From Okamejei kenojei (taxonomy: Eukaryota), in NCBI GenBank assembly GCA_035221665.1, contig CM069140.1, positions 19,282,001 through 19,346,000 on the forward strand: DNA of 64,000 nt. Direction: 5' to 3'. Shown in pieces: positions 40,006-52,633 of the stretch. The notes beneath the pieces are model-generated. The model was not told the DNA's origin. It did no database searches and worked only from the letters and a program-made list of their open reading frames with translations. Positions within the stretch are counted from its first letter, which is position 1, and every line of letters begins with the position of its first letter. The position numbers and the translations under genes are program-made.

Positions 40006-41200
40006 AACAACATTATGGAGTGTTGTGGAAGCCAAAAGCTTATGGTATCAGGCACTGACAATAATATCAAGAGCAAATGTCATGAAAAAAGCAAAACCAG
40101 GATGCCTTGATAATGTGGGCTCTGATTTTAAAATGTAGAGACGGTAGGAGGATTGAAAATACTTGTCCCTGAAGAAGGTTGCAATGATTGGGGATTCAAG
40201 GAGAAGAATATAAAAGGGTATGCTCGTTCAGTGATCCACATGCATGGGCTAATAATTCTAGTACAAATCGTACTACAGCAAATTGAGAGTTTATATTTAG
40301 AAAGCAACAAAAAAGTGATTTATTCTTACAAAATAAACATTCTTTACAAAAGAAAGCCTACTATTCCACATTGCAACTGGAGTTATGTACAAAGTATAAG
40401 TGGAGCAGCAGTTCTGCACACAACCCACTACCAACACCAGAAATCAATGGATAAACAAGTACTGCTCTACTCAGCCATGCCCATTTCCCAAGAATGATTT
40501 TTGAATAATTGTAGATCAACCACGCTGTTAATGAACTACAGAAAGCCAAAATACTTGAGGTGATAGAAATTAGAGTGCAGAAATGAGAACCAGCAACTGT
40601 AAAAAACATTTGCTTCTTGAGGGGAAAATGGCATTTTTCAGACTATCCCAAAGCACCTGACTGAATAAATTACTTTGAAGTGTACATGTTATGTGATGAG
40701 ATGTGGTTGCAATCTTTCATGCTGCACAATCTAATATAATAGTGAGACATATGTCCAGTTTGCTTACTTTGGAAAATATCAGTTAAAGAAGAAATCTCAG
40801 TTAGGACGCAGTTTAAAAAAAAAGCATCATATGATATATATTTAAATTGTGTCATTTTTTAACAATTTATTTATAAAAAATATAATGGCCATTCAGTCAG
40901 CCACATCTATCAAATCACTGCCACAACCCTTCAATCTATAAGATGCAGAAGACAGACCACAGAGTCCCAAGGCACAAATCTGACAAAATAAACTTTTTGA
41001 AGGGGGAATGAGGCAAACAATGTAAAGACTTCTATCATCTGGCGGAAAGGATTTGCAAATCAAAAATGAAAAATAAGTCAAACATCAAAAGTGAATCAGA
41101 GGAGCATTCCATCTATTAATAGGCAACATTGATGTAATTTGTGTCTTAGTAATGACTAAAATCATGTCAAACAAATTAAAGTGCTTGAAAATCTCACTAC

Positions 41201-41284
41201 CTCTGGTAGAAAGTTATGCTTTTTTGTCACTTGATACAACATCTCATGAGTTTCTATAGCTGGACGGATATCTCCTTTCAATAC
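41201..41284 (-). CDS. EDEM3: EDEM3 exon 11
   Basis: [28 protein letters not shown]; 84 nt. Confidence 0.96.
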
Positions 41285-42533
41285 CTAAAAAAAAAAAAAA
41301 TCATATGGTACTTTATAAAAGCAGACTGTGTAGAATAGAACAATAATTCATAATACAGAAACATATTTAAATATATCAAATAGAAACAAAATATACTGCA
41401 GCCAATCCAAAAATATGAATAAAGAGGAAACAGGATAATGCTTTGATTGTATATTTTTTCAGTTTGTTTCAAATTTCTGTTTTCTTTTTGTGCATTAAAT
41501 ATAAATGAATTCATGATTACATCATTTTTAAATGTGTTAATGCACAGCACAATATTTTACTAAGGCTTCATGAAACTGAGGTAATTATTATCAATTGTGA
41601 ATATTTAATAACAGCTGGTCGACTAGAATGCAAGTTAAGTTGAAGAAAAAATTAGATTTCACCTTCTTCACAAGTAACTGCCTCGTGAATCAGGAATAAC
41701 GAACAAACATGTGCAAAGGCAGAATTTATATATAATTTCACTTTCATTATATCAATGTAATTCTGTTACTATGCCTTTGAGGAGACAGTATACACTGGAT
41801 ATAATTTTACTTGAGGAAAGTAATCACATATGAATATAAACACAAGCTAAATGTCACCAATTTAGGAAAGCCAACATAAGTTCAATTTCAATATAAATTT
41901 TACCATTTTGTCTCAGAGGTAAAATGGTGGCACTAAAAAAGGTATAACGTGCTGATTATTAATGTCACTTCAATCAATTATTATAACGCATACTACAAAT
42001 GCGTCCAGCTTTGCATCACTTTTGCATTCAGTAATACCTTATACAAAGTGCAGCGTTTGGATTGCCTGAGCGTCACATTTAAATGTAACTGAAGATGCTT
42101 TCAGAACGCAAGCTTCAAAACAACATCAAGATACCTGCAAAGCTAACAAGAAACTAATGAAAATATGACGACTTTCTCAAAATTAAGATTGATCAAATAA
42201 ATCTTGGTTGACCACAGGATATAATGGCACCTTTCAATCTCTGCGCATATGACTATGGTTGAATTAACTTGCCTCGCATCCTTAAAGGCAGCACATTCGT
42301 TGACCAACAGCTCCAACTAAAATCGATTTGTTCTGAACAACAGTCCTTTTCTCTAATCCATATATTAATACCAGTAAACATTGGTCAGATTTCCCTCTTC
42401 TATTCAGCGTTCTACATGGTCTTTATTAGAAAATTCACCAGGTATGAATAATGAACAGCTGACCTGCTTTCAGCTCTGCCCATGCTAACCCACACCACTT
42501 TTAATGGTCTCCTCCCATGAGGAAAGCAGCTCA

Positions 42534-42858
42534 GGGCCTAGTGGCACAACAGTAGAGTTGCTGCCTTACAGCGCCAGAGATCCAGCTTCGATCAGGACTA
42601 CCGGTGCCATCTATACAAAGTTTGTACGTTCTCCCGGTCACCGCGTGGGTTTTCTCAGTGTGCTCCATTTTCCTCCCACACTCGAAAGATGTACAGTTTT
42701 GTAGAGTTGTAAAATTATTTTGTGATTCTTTAGTCTTGGTCATTCTTTGGCTTTAGTAATTTGCAAAATTATCCCTAGGTTAGTGTACAAGGTGATCGCT
42801 GGTCGGCGCGGGCTCGGTGGGCCAAAGGGCCTGTTTCCGGACTATCTCTAAAGTCTAA
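42534..42858 (+). mobile_element. V-SINE (HE1-like)
   Basis: tRNA-like head, V domain, CR1-like tail. Confidence 0.8.
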
Positions 42859-43219
42859 AGCTAGTCATCACTCATCAATTCATAACATCCAAAAGAGAGC
42901 GCATTTGTACTGAACACTACACAGGATTGCACTAGTCAATCATCCCCACCAAGTGGTGGAAACACACACCAGTTGAGGTAACATATTAGAAACAGATAAA
43001 AAATAAACGTGTCAGGTCTGACAAAGGGTCTTTCACCCTGACACATTAACACTTTTCCTTTTCCATAGATGTTACTGGTCTCGCTGAGAGTTACCAGCAT
43101 TATCAGATAAAAACATTCCATCGCCTGCAATTTATGTTGTAATTTTCGTTGCTACAAATTGGTCATGTAGCCGATTCTATTGATGGCCACACCGCAAACT
43201 GATTTTACCTAAGGATTTA

Positions 43220-44869
43220 CAGTGCCCTCCATAATGTTTGGGACAAATGCCCATCATTTATTTATTTGCCTCTGTACTCCACAATTTGAGATTCGTAATA
43301 GAGCAAAAAAAAAAAAAGTCACATGTGGTTAAAGTGTACATTGTCAGATTTTAATCAAGGCCATTTATATACATTTTGGTTTCACCATGTAGAAACTACA
43401 GCAGAGTTTATACATAGTCCGCCCCATTTCAGGGCACCATAATGTTTGGGACACAGCAATGTCATGAAAATGAAAGTAGTCATGTTTAGTATTTTGTTGC
43501 ATATCCTTTGCATACAATGACTGCTTGAAGTCCGCGATTCATGGACATCACCAGTTGCTGGGTGTCTTCTCTGGTGACGCTCTGCCAGGCCTGTATTACA
43601 GCCATCTTTAGCATAGGCTTGTTTTGGGGGCTAGTCCCCTTCAGTTTTCTCTTCAGCATATAAAAGGCATGCTCAATTGGATTCAGATCCAGTGATTGAC
43701 TTGGCCACTCAAGAATTGACCATTTTTTACCTTTGAAAAACTCAGTTGTTACTTTAGCAGTTTGTTTGGGATCATTGTCTTGCTGTATAATGAACCGCCA
43801 GCCAATGAGTGTTGAGGCATTTGTTTGAACTTGATGTGTCTATAGACTTCAGAATTCATCATGCTACTACCATTAGCAGTTGTATCATCAATGAAGATAA
43901 GTGAGCCAATACCTTCAGCAGCCATACATGCCCAGGCCATAACACCCCCACCACCGTGTTTCACAGATGAAGTGGTATGCTTTTGATCTTGGGCAGTTCC
44001 TTCTCCCCTCTATTCTTTGCTCTTGCCATCACTCTGGTATGTTAATCTTTGTCTCATCTGCCCACAAGACCTTTTTCTAGAAATGTGGTTGCTCTTTTAA
44101 GTACTTCTTGGCAAACTGTAACCCGGCCATCCTATTTGTGTGGCTAACCAGTGGTTTGCATCTTGCAGTGTAGCCTCTGCTATTTCTGTTCATGAAGTTT
44201 TCTACGGACAGTGGTCATTGACAAATCCACACCCGACTCCTGAAGAGTGTTTCTGATCTGTCGGACAGATGTTTGGGGATTTTTCTTTATTATAGAGAGA
44301 ATTCTTCTGCTGTGGAAGTCTTCCTTGGCCTGCCAGTCCCTTTGTGATTAAGCTCACCAGTGCTCTCTTTATTCATCATGATGTTCCAAACAGTTGATTT
44401 TGGTAAGCCTAAGACTTGGCTGATGTCTCTAACGGTTTTATTCTTGTTTCTCAATCTCATAATGGCTTCTATAACTTTCATTGGCACAACTTTGGTCCTC
44501 ACGTTGATAAACAGCAATAAAAGTTTCCAAAGGTGATGGAAAGACTGGTGAAAAGGCTAGGTGCTGAGAGCTCTTTTATACCTGCATTAAGGAGGCAATT
44601 AAATGCACCTGAGCAATTACAAACACCTGTGAAGCCATGTGTCCCAACCATTATGGTGCCCTGAAATGGGGGGGACTATGTATTAACACAGCTGTAATTT
44701 CTACTGGGTGTGAAACCAAAATGAAAAAATGGCCTTTATTAAAATCTGACAATGTGCACTTTAAACACATGTGATTTTTTTCTATTACAAATCTCAAATT
44801 GTGGAGTACAGAAGCAAATAACTATAATGAATGGGCCTGGTGCCAGATGTCACATTATGGAGGACACTG
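43220..44869 (-). mobile_element. Tc1-like DNA transposon (IR/DR type), degenerate transposase
   Basis: TA|CAGTG...CACTG|TA; ~230-bp TIRs with internal repeat CCATAATGTTTGGGACA; HTH + GRPRK, VKHGGGGVMAW, QQDNDPK and WPSQSLDLNPIE motifs, frameshifted. Confidence 0.93.
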
Positions 44870-45043
44870 TAGTGTATTATCTTCTGAACAGAGAGGCCAG
44901 GTGTTTCCACTAGCAATATTTCTTCTCCTCAATATACAGGCATTGAACAATGTAACTATTGTGGATAATGGCATTTATTATTATGAAAGTGGGAAATTTA
45001 TGAGTCCCCAAAGACCAACCACCACAAAAGGAAAACAAATTAC

Positions 45044-45166
45044 CTGCAGGCCTGGGAAGAAGGCCAACAATGCATTCATCCACGTTCGTGCATTTAGCAG
45101 GGCTTATGTATATGGACATCCAGGGAGGGGGGTTGGCTTATGTACTTCATGATGGCTTTCATAATG
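45044..45166 (-). CDS. EDEM3: EDEM3 exon 10 (compensating frameshifts in this sequence)
   Basis: HYE / AIMKYISQPPSLDVHIHKP / LNARTWMNALLAFFPGLQ, read across two frame changes; CAG / GTAAT borders, 123 nt. Confidence 0.85.
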
Positions 45167-46496
45167 CTGAGAAGGTTAAAGAGAGAACACATGGCAGCAT
45201 TGCCAATTAACACTGAATATTTTATTGAATCCGTTTAAGTTAACCTTATAAAAAATTCACTATTCTTTTAAATATTTAGCTTTTCATATTTCATCTAACG
45301 TAGCAAAACAGAAACATTTAAGAGAATATAAATAACCATAATTGTACTTTTTTTACAGTTCTGCAGAACAAATTTGAATTATGTTTGTGCACAATCATTT
45401 GTAATCTATTCTTTTTTATAAATATAATTAATCATATTCAGTAATGTTTTTCTTAAAATTTATTTTCTTTATACATACTAAAAAGCAATGTCTAAAAGAT
45501 TATAAGAGCCAGCTGACATTCCAAATGTATTATTCCAGAATGGAATTAACATGCAATTCAACAGGCACCCTATTTATGTATTAGCACTGCTAAACTTGCA
45601 CTTATGTAAGCAAAATCACAATAGATGGTCCTGTTTCTCGTGAATGACCTGTAGTTATTGCACAGGGCTTCCCTTCTACTCATAGAAATAAAGCACTTAC
45701 TGGGCTCGCTGTTTTCCAGCGATGCTGGAGAACGAGCAAGAACGAGAGCTGTGGGGAGCAACCTGTGCTGAGGCCGACATCCACAATGATGCACCAGCAT
45801 GCCCCTTCTTCACCAGCTGCCGCACCGTCTGGTTGGGCGCGGATATATGCTGCGGACACTGGGTGCCCCCGGCTAACCGCTTGGAGGGGGGGGGGGGGGG
45901 GTTTCTTTCAGGGGTCGCGCCACCAGCGTGGCTGGGGTAGGGCACCAGTCACACGGGGTCCCCCGTTGCCTGTCTCGCCTGCAGTCCGCCTCCCCCCCCC
46001 CTTCACCACCAGCAGCGCCTACTGGTTCAATCCCAGTTCTATGGAAGGTGTTTTCACAACCTTGGAATGTCAGTGACTCCATCAATGCTAAAGACAGCTC
46101 TGCCCGGTGGCTACACATGAGCCGCAACAACAAACAACCGCGACAACCAGATGGTGCAGATTGATGAAAAAAGGCTCACTGGTGCAAGATCAGCGGCATC
46201 CGGCGCCGGCAATCCTTCCGCAGCGGACTGAATCAGTCTGAGGAAGTCCCGACCCAAACACATTACGTATCCATGGTCGCGCCGCCGTAGCTGAACTGAC
46301 CTGCTGAGTTACTCCAGAAACTTTTGTGTTGTTTTGTGTATTAACCACAGGTCCTTGCAGTTCATTGTTTTTATCTGTTTTAAGGTGATGCGGACTTGGT
46401 TGTAAATCTGACCTAGCATAAGGTTTTACAGAAACGTGTAAACCCTTACGCAAGTCGGGAAGTGTCTATACAAAAATAGAAAGAAACAAAGCTTAC

Positions 46497-46594
46497 AGTG
46501 TTGAATCTCTGCAAATATCCATCATCACCAAGCAGAATGTACGCTTTGAAGAGGTACTCATAATAAGAATCAATCCCAGCTCCAACTCCACTGT
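46497..46594 (-). CDS. EDEM3: EDEM3 exon 9 ([10 protein letters not shown] motif)
   Basis: [32 protein letters not shown]; 98 nt. Confidence 0.96.
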
Positions 46595-46759
46595 CTGCAT
46601 GAAAATAAATCAGCATATAAAAGAGAACATTGCCAAAATAAAATAAATGTTAACCTGAAAGGAGCAGGTCATTATTCCAGCAAAATATTGTAAGTTAGTA
46701 TTGTCTTAATATTAAGGAGAATGAACAAAACTTTCACAATAACTCCCTCAATAAATAAT

Positions 46760-47720
46760 TATTTTTTGTTTAAATATTTTTATTAGACGCAAGTACATGT
46801 TAATAGAATATACTTCTCACATACATTCGTAATTTTATTAATATTAACAATTATGTCTTCTATATTTCTATACTTGTTTTTGCAAGTACGAAAAGATAGA
46901 GAAAAATAAAGTAAGAGTAGAAAATCAAAAATAAAGAAAGAATGAGTATTAAAAAGTTATCCATCATTGGGAGATATATCCCTGATTTGTTATACGTATT
47001 CTCATCTATTCCATTATTCAGGCTTCAGTCAGAGCTCTCGTACCGACCAATTTGACCCTTTAGATAACAATAAATGGAACAATATTCCTCTGAAAATAAT
47101 CCAGCCTGTCCAATAGGATTGAAGCCTTAATCTTTCCAGAAGTGTCCCCGACATTCCTTTATCCACATTTTGATTGAAGGGGATGTAGGACCTTTCCAGA
47201 AATTTCATATAAATGTTTCCCATTATTAACTGTAATCAATAAATTCATTTGATTCGTTGTTATATTATTTGATCTGTTTTTAATATTCCCAGTATATTAA
47301 AACTTTGAGTCAGGGATCAGTTTTCATAATAAACACATCGATATCTTAAAATATCTCAGTCCAAATTAGTAATTTTACACAAACAATTTGTAAATGAAGT
47401 GGTGTGTTAAGTTAGCTTCTTAAGTGCTGACATTTAATCACGTATGGATACATATTTGAAAAATAGTATTAAATTGATTATGAAATAAGAAGGTAGGAGA
47501 GTGTGAGATAAAATAGTGTGGCAATAAAGCAGCATTTGAATAGGACATAAATATACTTCAATTAGAAATCATCTCTAGTTGGTAAAATGACAATCTCTCT
47601 TAAGAATGGAAAGATAGAATCGCCTGTCAGAAATTACTGGCTGCTGTGAAATTTCAGCAAACTCGAATGAATAGTACTTGTTGTTGTTTAAGGTTGAATT
47701 AATTATTCATTAAATCCAAT
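46760..47720 (-). mobile_element. L1/Tx1-like LINE 3' fragment
   Basis: T-rich left end on plus (A-rich tail on minus); heavily disrupted A-rich ORF2-like remnant. Confidence 0.5.
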
Positions 47721-47839
47721 GAAATACCCTAAAAATCATATTTTATCGACAGATCAATTTCAGAGAAAACTTGTTGAAAAAAAACTCTCTTATAAGAATG
47801 AATGAATTGTTTTCCACTGGTTGCACAAACTTATGGGTG

Positions 47840-48200
47840 ACCTGATAGATGCATATAACATTATGAAAGGCATACACAAGGTAGGTGGTCAGAGTTTCTC
47901 CCCCTAGGGTGGAAATACCAAATATTAGAGAACATGAGTTTAAGAGGAAAAGAGGATTGTTTAAAGGAGAAGTGCGATGCAAAGTTTGTTTTTACACAAA
48001 GTGATGGGTGCCTAGAACACACTGCCAGGGGAAGCAGTAAAGGCAGATGCAATATCAACGTTTGAAAGACATTTAGACAGACACATGAGGGGTAGGGAAT
48101 AGAGGGATATGAACCAAGTGTAGGCAGATAGGATTAGTTTAAATGGGCGTCATTGCTGGTGGGCTAAAGGTGCTTGTTGCTGTACTATACTGAGCGCCAA
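47840..48200 (+). mobile_element. CR1 LINE 3' end, old
   Basis: Homology to 16950-17300. Confidence 0.7.
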
Positions 48201-48869
48201 CTATGTTCCATTAATCCATGTTTTTTTCCCCTCCTTGCAAATAATTGGAAACTCGTAGAAATGCTCTTTTTAAAATACAAATACTAATCAGTCTTAAAAA
48301 AAAAAAAGCACAGTCTATTATTGTCTTCTCAGTTTTGATCAAGAAGATCACAACTTGTACCTGATAGGATAAAGGACCCAAGGAGCGCCGGTAGGCAGAC
48401 TGCCTGTGGGAGGCTGCGCAATGCCTCGAGAGGGGAGTGGGCTGCTGGACGCACCGCAACTGCCTGTGGCTGTGCTGGACCAGGCGCCGATCCAAGAGGC
48501 TGAGCACGAGGGCCGGGTGCGGCTTGCCTCGGTGGACACCACAACTACGTTTGGCCTGGCCGGGACTTTGAACTTGAAGTGGCGGCAAAGCTTGCGGTGC
48601 CGGCATGATATAAAACATGAATTTCACCATGTAATGTTTATTTGCATATGTGACATAAATAAATATCCATTGATGTAAGAGGAAACCAGAGCGCCCAGAG
48701 AAAACCCAAGGAAGGAAGAATGTATAAACTCCGCACAGCCAGCACCCATAGTCAGGATCTAACCCAGTTCGAAGCTCACCTCTACCCTGTTCCCCACCTG
48801 GATTTGCACCCATCTTTCCCCTCCCCCGTTAAAACCTCCGCTAGCTTTACAATTCACAACTCTTCAGTC

Positions 48870-49915
48870 AGAGTGATATAGTGCGGAGACAGGCTCTTCA
48901 GCCCAACTCACCCACACTGGCCAACAATGTCCCAGCTACCCTAGTCCCACTTGCCTGCGCTTGGTCCATATCCCTCCAAACCAGTACTATCCATATACCT
49001 GTCTGACTGTTTCGTAAACAATGAGATAGTCCCAGCTTCAACTACCTCCTCTGGCAGCTTGCTCCATACACCCACCACCCTTTGTGTGAAAAAGTTACCC
49101 CCTCAGATTCCATTTAAATCTTTTTCCCTTCACCTTGAACATATGTCTTCTGGTCCTTGATTCCCCTACTCTGGGCAAAAGACTCTGTGCATATACCCGA
49201 TCTTTTCCTCTCATGATTTTGTGCACCTCTATAAGATCTCCCCTCATCCTCCTGCGCTCCATGGAATAGAGACCCAGCCTACTCAACCTTTCGCTATAGC
49301 TCACATCCTCTAGTCCTGGCAACATTCTCGTAAATCTTTTCTGAACCCTTTCAAGCTTGACAATATCTTTCCTATAACATGGTGCCCAGAACTGAACACA
49401 ATATTCTAAATGCAGTCTCACCAACGTCTTGTACAACTGCAACATGAACTCCCAACTTCTATGTTTAAGAAAGAACTGCAGATGCTGGAAAAATCAAAGT
49501 AGACAAAAATGCTGGAGAAACTCAGCATCTGAGGCAGCATCTATGGAGCAAAGGAATAGGTGACTTTTCGGGTCGAGACCCTTCTTCAGAAGTCAAATGC
49601 CAAAAACGCCAAAAGCCTTTTTGACCACCTGCGATTCGACCTTCAAGGAACCATGCACCTGTACTCCTAGATCCCTCTGCTCTACAACACTACCCAGAGG
49701 CCTAACATTTACCGTGTTGGTCGTGCCCTTATTCAACATCACAAAATGCAACACCTGACACTTCTCTGTATTAAATTCCATCGACCATTCCTCCATCCCA
49801 GCTGGCCAATCGATCCAGATCCTGCTGCAATCGTTCACAACCATCTTCACTATCTGCGAACTTTTGTATAATCAGCAAACTTGCTGATCTTGCTCTGTAT
49901 GTTCTCATCCGTCCT
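48870..49915 (-). mobile_element. CR1 LINE 3' fragment interrupted by a Penelope-type repeat (49468-49592)
   Basis: MLQLYKTLVRLHLEYCVQFWAP...LERVQKRFTRML; LQQDLDRL; WSMEFNTEKC. Confidence 0.9.
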
Positions 49916-49919
49916 TTAA

Positions 49920-50204
49920 AGGGCCTTGTCCCAGTTAGACTGTGCTTTTTTTCGGTGACTGCCGGCACCCGTCATAGTCGCAGCAGGTCGCTCAAATTTT
50001 TCAACGTTGAAAATCCAGCAGCGACCAGAAAAAGATACGACTCTTTTGGCGACTACTCACAACCATACAGGCGTCACCCTGCGACTTAAAAGAGTCACAC
50101 CTTTTTCGGGTCGCTGCTGGATTTTCAACGTTGAAAATTTTCGGTGACCAGCTGCGACTATGACGCGTGCCAGCAGTCGCCGGAACAAAATCGGGTAAGT
50201 GGGA
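49920..50204. mobile_element. Fold-back MITE (Harbinger-like termini)
   Basis: Arms of over 100 bp in inverted repeat; left end AGGGCCTTGTCCCA, right end AAGTGGGAC, related to the 51074 element. Confidence 0.7.
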
Positions 50205-50865
50205 CTATCTCCCTCTCACAAAATCCTCCTTACCTGTATCAACCCGTTACCTACCAGGCTTTGTCCTGCCCCACCTCTCTTCCTACTTTCTTCCCCCCTC
50301 CCCCTTATCCTGGGGTCCTTGAGGTCACACTTAATCAAATTCTGTCTTGACATCAAGGACAGTCACACCCCCCTTACCCCTGGAATTCAACTTTTGGTCC
50401 ATGTTTGGATCTAGGCTATAATGAGGTCTGAAATAAAGTCACCCTGGCAAAGCACAAACTGGTCTTTGATGAGCAAATGACACCTTCACCCACTTTGCAG
50501 ATGATTGATAGTAGACTGATTGGATGATAATTTGTTTGTTTGAATTTGTCCTGTGTTTGGTGAACAGAATGCACTGGACAATCTTCAACATTGCATGCAC
50601 ATGGATTGTTGTACTGTACTGGAATAGCTTGACAAGAGTCACAGCTTCATTTGGAATGCAAGCTTTTAGTACTCCAGCCAAAATGTTGCTTTTGCAGTAT
50701 TCTGTGCAGTCAGCCATTTGCAGATATCATGTGAAACGAATTGAATTGCCTGAAGACTAACCTCTGCAGTGGTGGAGATATCAGGAGGAAATTGTAGAGC
50801 ATTTGATTTGATCAGAGAGAAGTGGTGAAGGAAAGAGAGAGTAGTGGGAAAGGAATTAATCTCAC

Positions 50866-50971
50866 CTCTGCGGACCCAGTCCCCTGTATGGATGTTGATG
50901 GTTGTTCCCACCAGATTGCTGTTGCGCTGCCTTCTCTCCCACAAAAAGTCTAAGGCCTTGCGGGCATGTTG
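50866..50971 (-). CDS. EDEM3: EDEM3 exon 8
   Basis: [35 protein letters not shown]; 106 nt. Confidence 0.96.
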
Positions 50972-51073
50972 CTGTACAAACAAAAACAATCCATTACATA
51001 AACAGCCATAGTCTGTCACTAAATGTAAGATACAGTAGCTACGGGATATCCAAGCTCAAGGTACGTACAGTAA

Positions 51074-51310
51074 AGGGCCTGTCCCACTTTCACGACCTAA
51101 TTCACAACCTTTGCCGAGTTTGCCCTTGACTCATACTCGCAGCATGGTCGTCACGAGGTTGTAGGAGGTCGTAGGTACGCCATAGCAGGTCATGATGCTA
51201 GTCGTAGGTACTCGTGGCATCAAGTAGGTCGGGGCGTTTTTTCGACATAATGAAAAATGTCCACGAGCAAAAAAGGCTGTGAATTAGGTCGTGAAAGTGG
51301 GACAGGCCCT
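51074..51310. mobile_element. PIF/Harbinger-like MITE
   Basis: 38-bp TIR AGGGCCTGTCCCACTTTCACGACCTAATTCACA(A/G)CCTT; TAA TSD at 51071-51073 and 51311-51313. Confidence 0.85.
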
Positions 51311-51539
51311 TAAGTCTTCAGGAAACACCCATCTACAGATTGCAGATAAGTGACATAACATTTCTTGAATAATTGCAGAATCCTTAATTCAATTTGTTGA
51401 GACAGCCAGGAAACAGGCATGATATGTATAGATTATTGTCTTACATAAAAGCCATAATAAATATTTCTGTTTCATAGACGCATTACATAAAACACTGTGA
51501 AATAGCTTTCAAAATATATTTATTTGCCTACCATTTTTT

Positions 51540-51930
51540 TTGCATTTGATGTTTTTTTCCTACACAAAATTTACAGTCCATCATTGCCGAGGTAGTTGTG
51601 GTCCAAGAGCCTGATGGTGGATGGGGAAAAAGCTGCTCTTGAAACCAGAGGTCATAGTTCCCAGGCTACTTTAACTTCGTCCTGATGGTAGCAGCGAGAT
51701 GAGAGTGTGACCAGTGTGGTGTGGATATTTGATGATATTAGTTGCCTTTATTAGAGGCAGCACTTCCTGTCAATACCTTCAATCTGTGGGGGAGGTCAAT
51801 ACCCTTAATGAACTGCGGGACCCACTGCGGACCCACCTACCGCCAAAATAGATCAACCGCCATTACCATCCTGCTGGCTCTCCACTCTGCATTGGACTAC
51901 TTGGACATTGAGAATACATTCGCAGGCTGT
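51540..51930. mobile_element. Rex1/Babar-like LINE fragment with internal inversion
   Basis: Plus-strand YRQNRSTAITILLALHSALDYLD (RT N-terminal part) joined to a minus-strand 3' portion. Confidence 0.55.
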
Positions 51931-52498
51931 GTAGGAAAAAAACATCAAATGCTGTTTTTTTAACCAAACATAGACACAAAGTGCTGGAGTAGCTTAGCGG
52001 GTCAGGCAGCATCTCTGGAGAAAAGGATGGGTGATGTTTCAGTCCGGAACCCTTCTTTAGACTTTTTCTCCAGAGGTGCTACCTGAATGGTTGATTTACT
52101 CCAGCACATTCTGTCTAATTTCGGTATAAACAAGCATCTGTAGTTCCTTTCTACACACTCTTGACTCTGAGTGTGTATACATCATCCTGCCATAAACATT
52201 AGTGGTAGCAGATTGAACTAAGAGTATAAAGGAAAAATAAATCAACTTCCAATTTTCAAATAAAATAAATGACTTTTTGTTAAACGATCCGATAATCTTT
52301 GATCCAATTATTTCTCTACCTCCAAGTTTGCTGAATCTGCTGATACATCTTTCAGAGCTGACAAAGACATCTGAATCTTACAGTTAGTTGGATAATAATA
52401 AAGTGGGACAGAGCACATTTGCACAATCTGGTGCTTCCAAATCTAAATGGTACATAGATTCTGACCCATTCTGATAGCTCTTTCCAACTATCACAAAC

Positions 52499-52633
52499 CT
52501 CAAAAACAGGGTCTCCAGTAAGTCTGCTCAGAGCTGCGAACTCCAGGATGAGAGTCCCTGCACAGGCGGTACAGGTGTCTGTTTCTGTGCCTGTTCTGGC
52601 TTGCGGCCGCCTTAATCCATGTTTCAAATTTAC
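52499..52633 (-). CDS. EDEM3: EDEM3 exon 7
   Basis: VNLKHG...[30 protein letters not shown]; 135 nt. Confidence 0.96.

Noticed and set aside
45697-46164. Overlapping GC-rich ORFs in EDEM3 intron 9
   Set aside because: Low-complexity products in all frames with poly-G/C; no homology recognised.
48211-48813. 200-aa minus-strand ORF
   Set aside because: Chimeric read through SINE and other repeat fragments; no domain.
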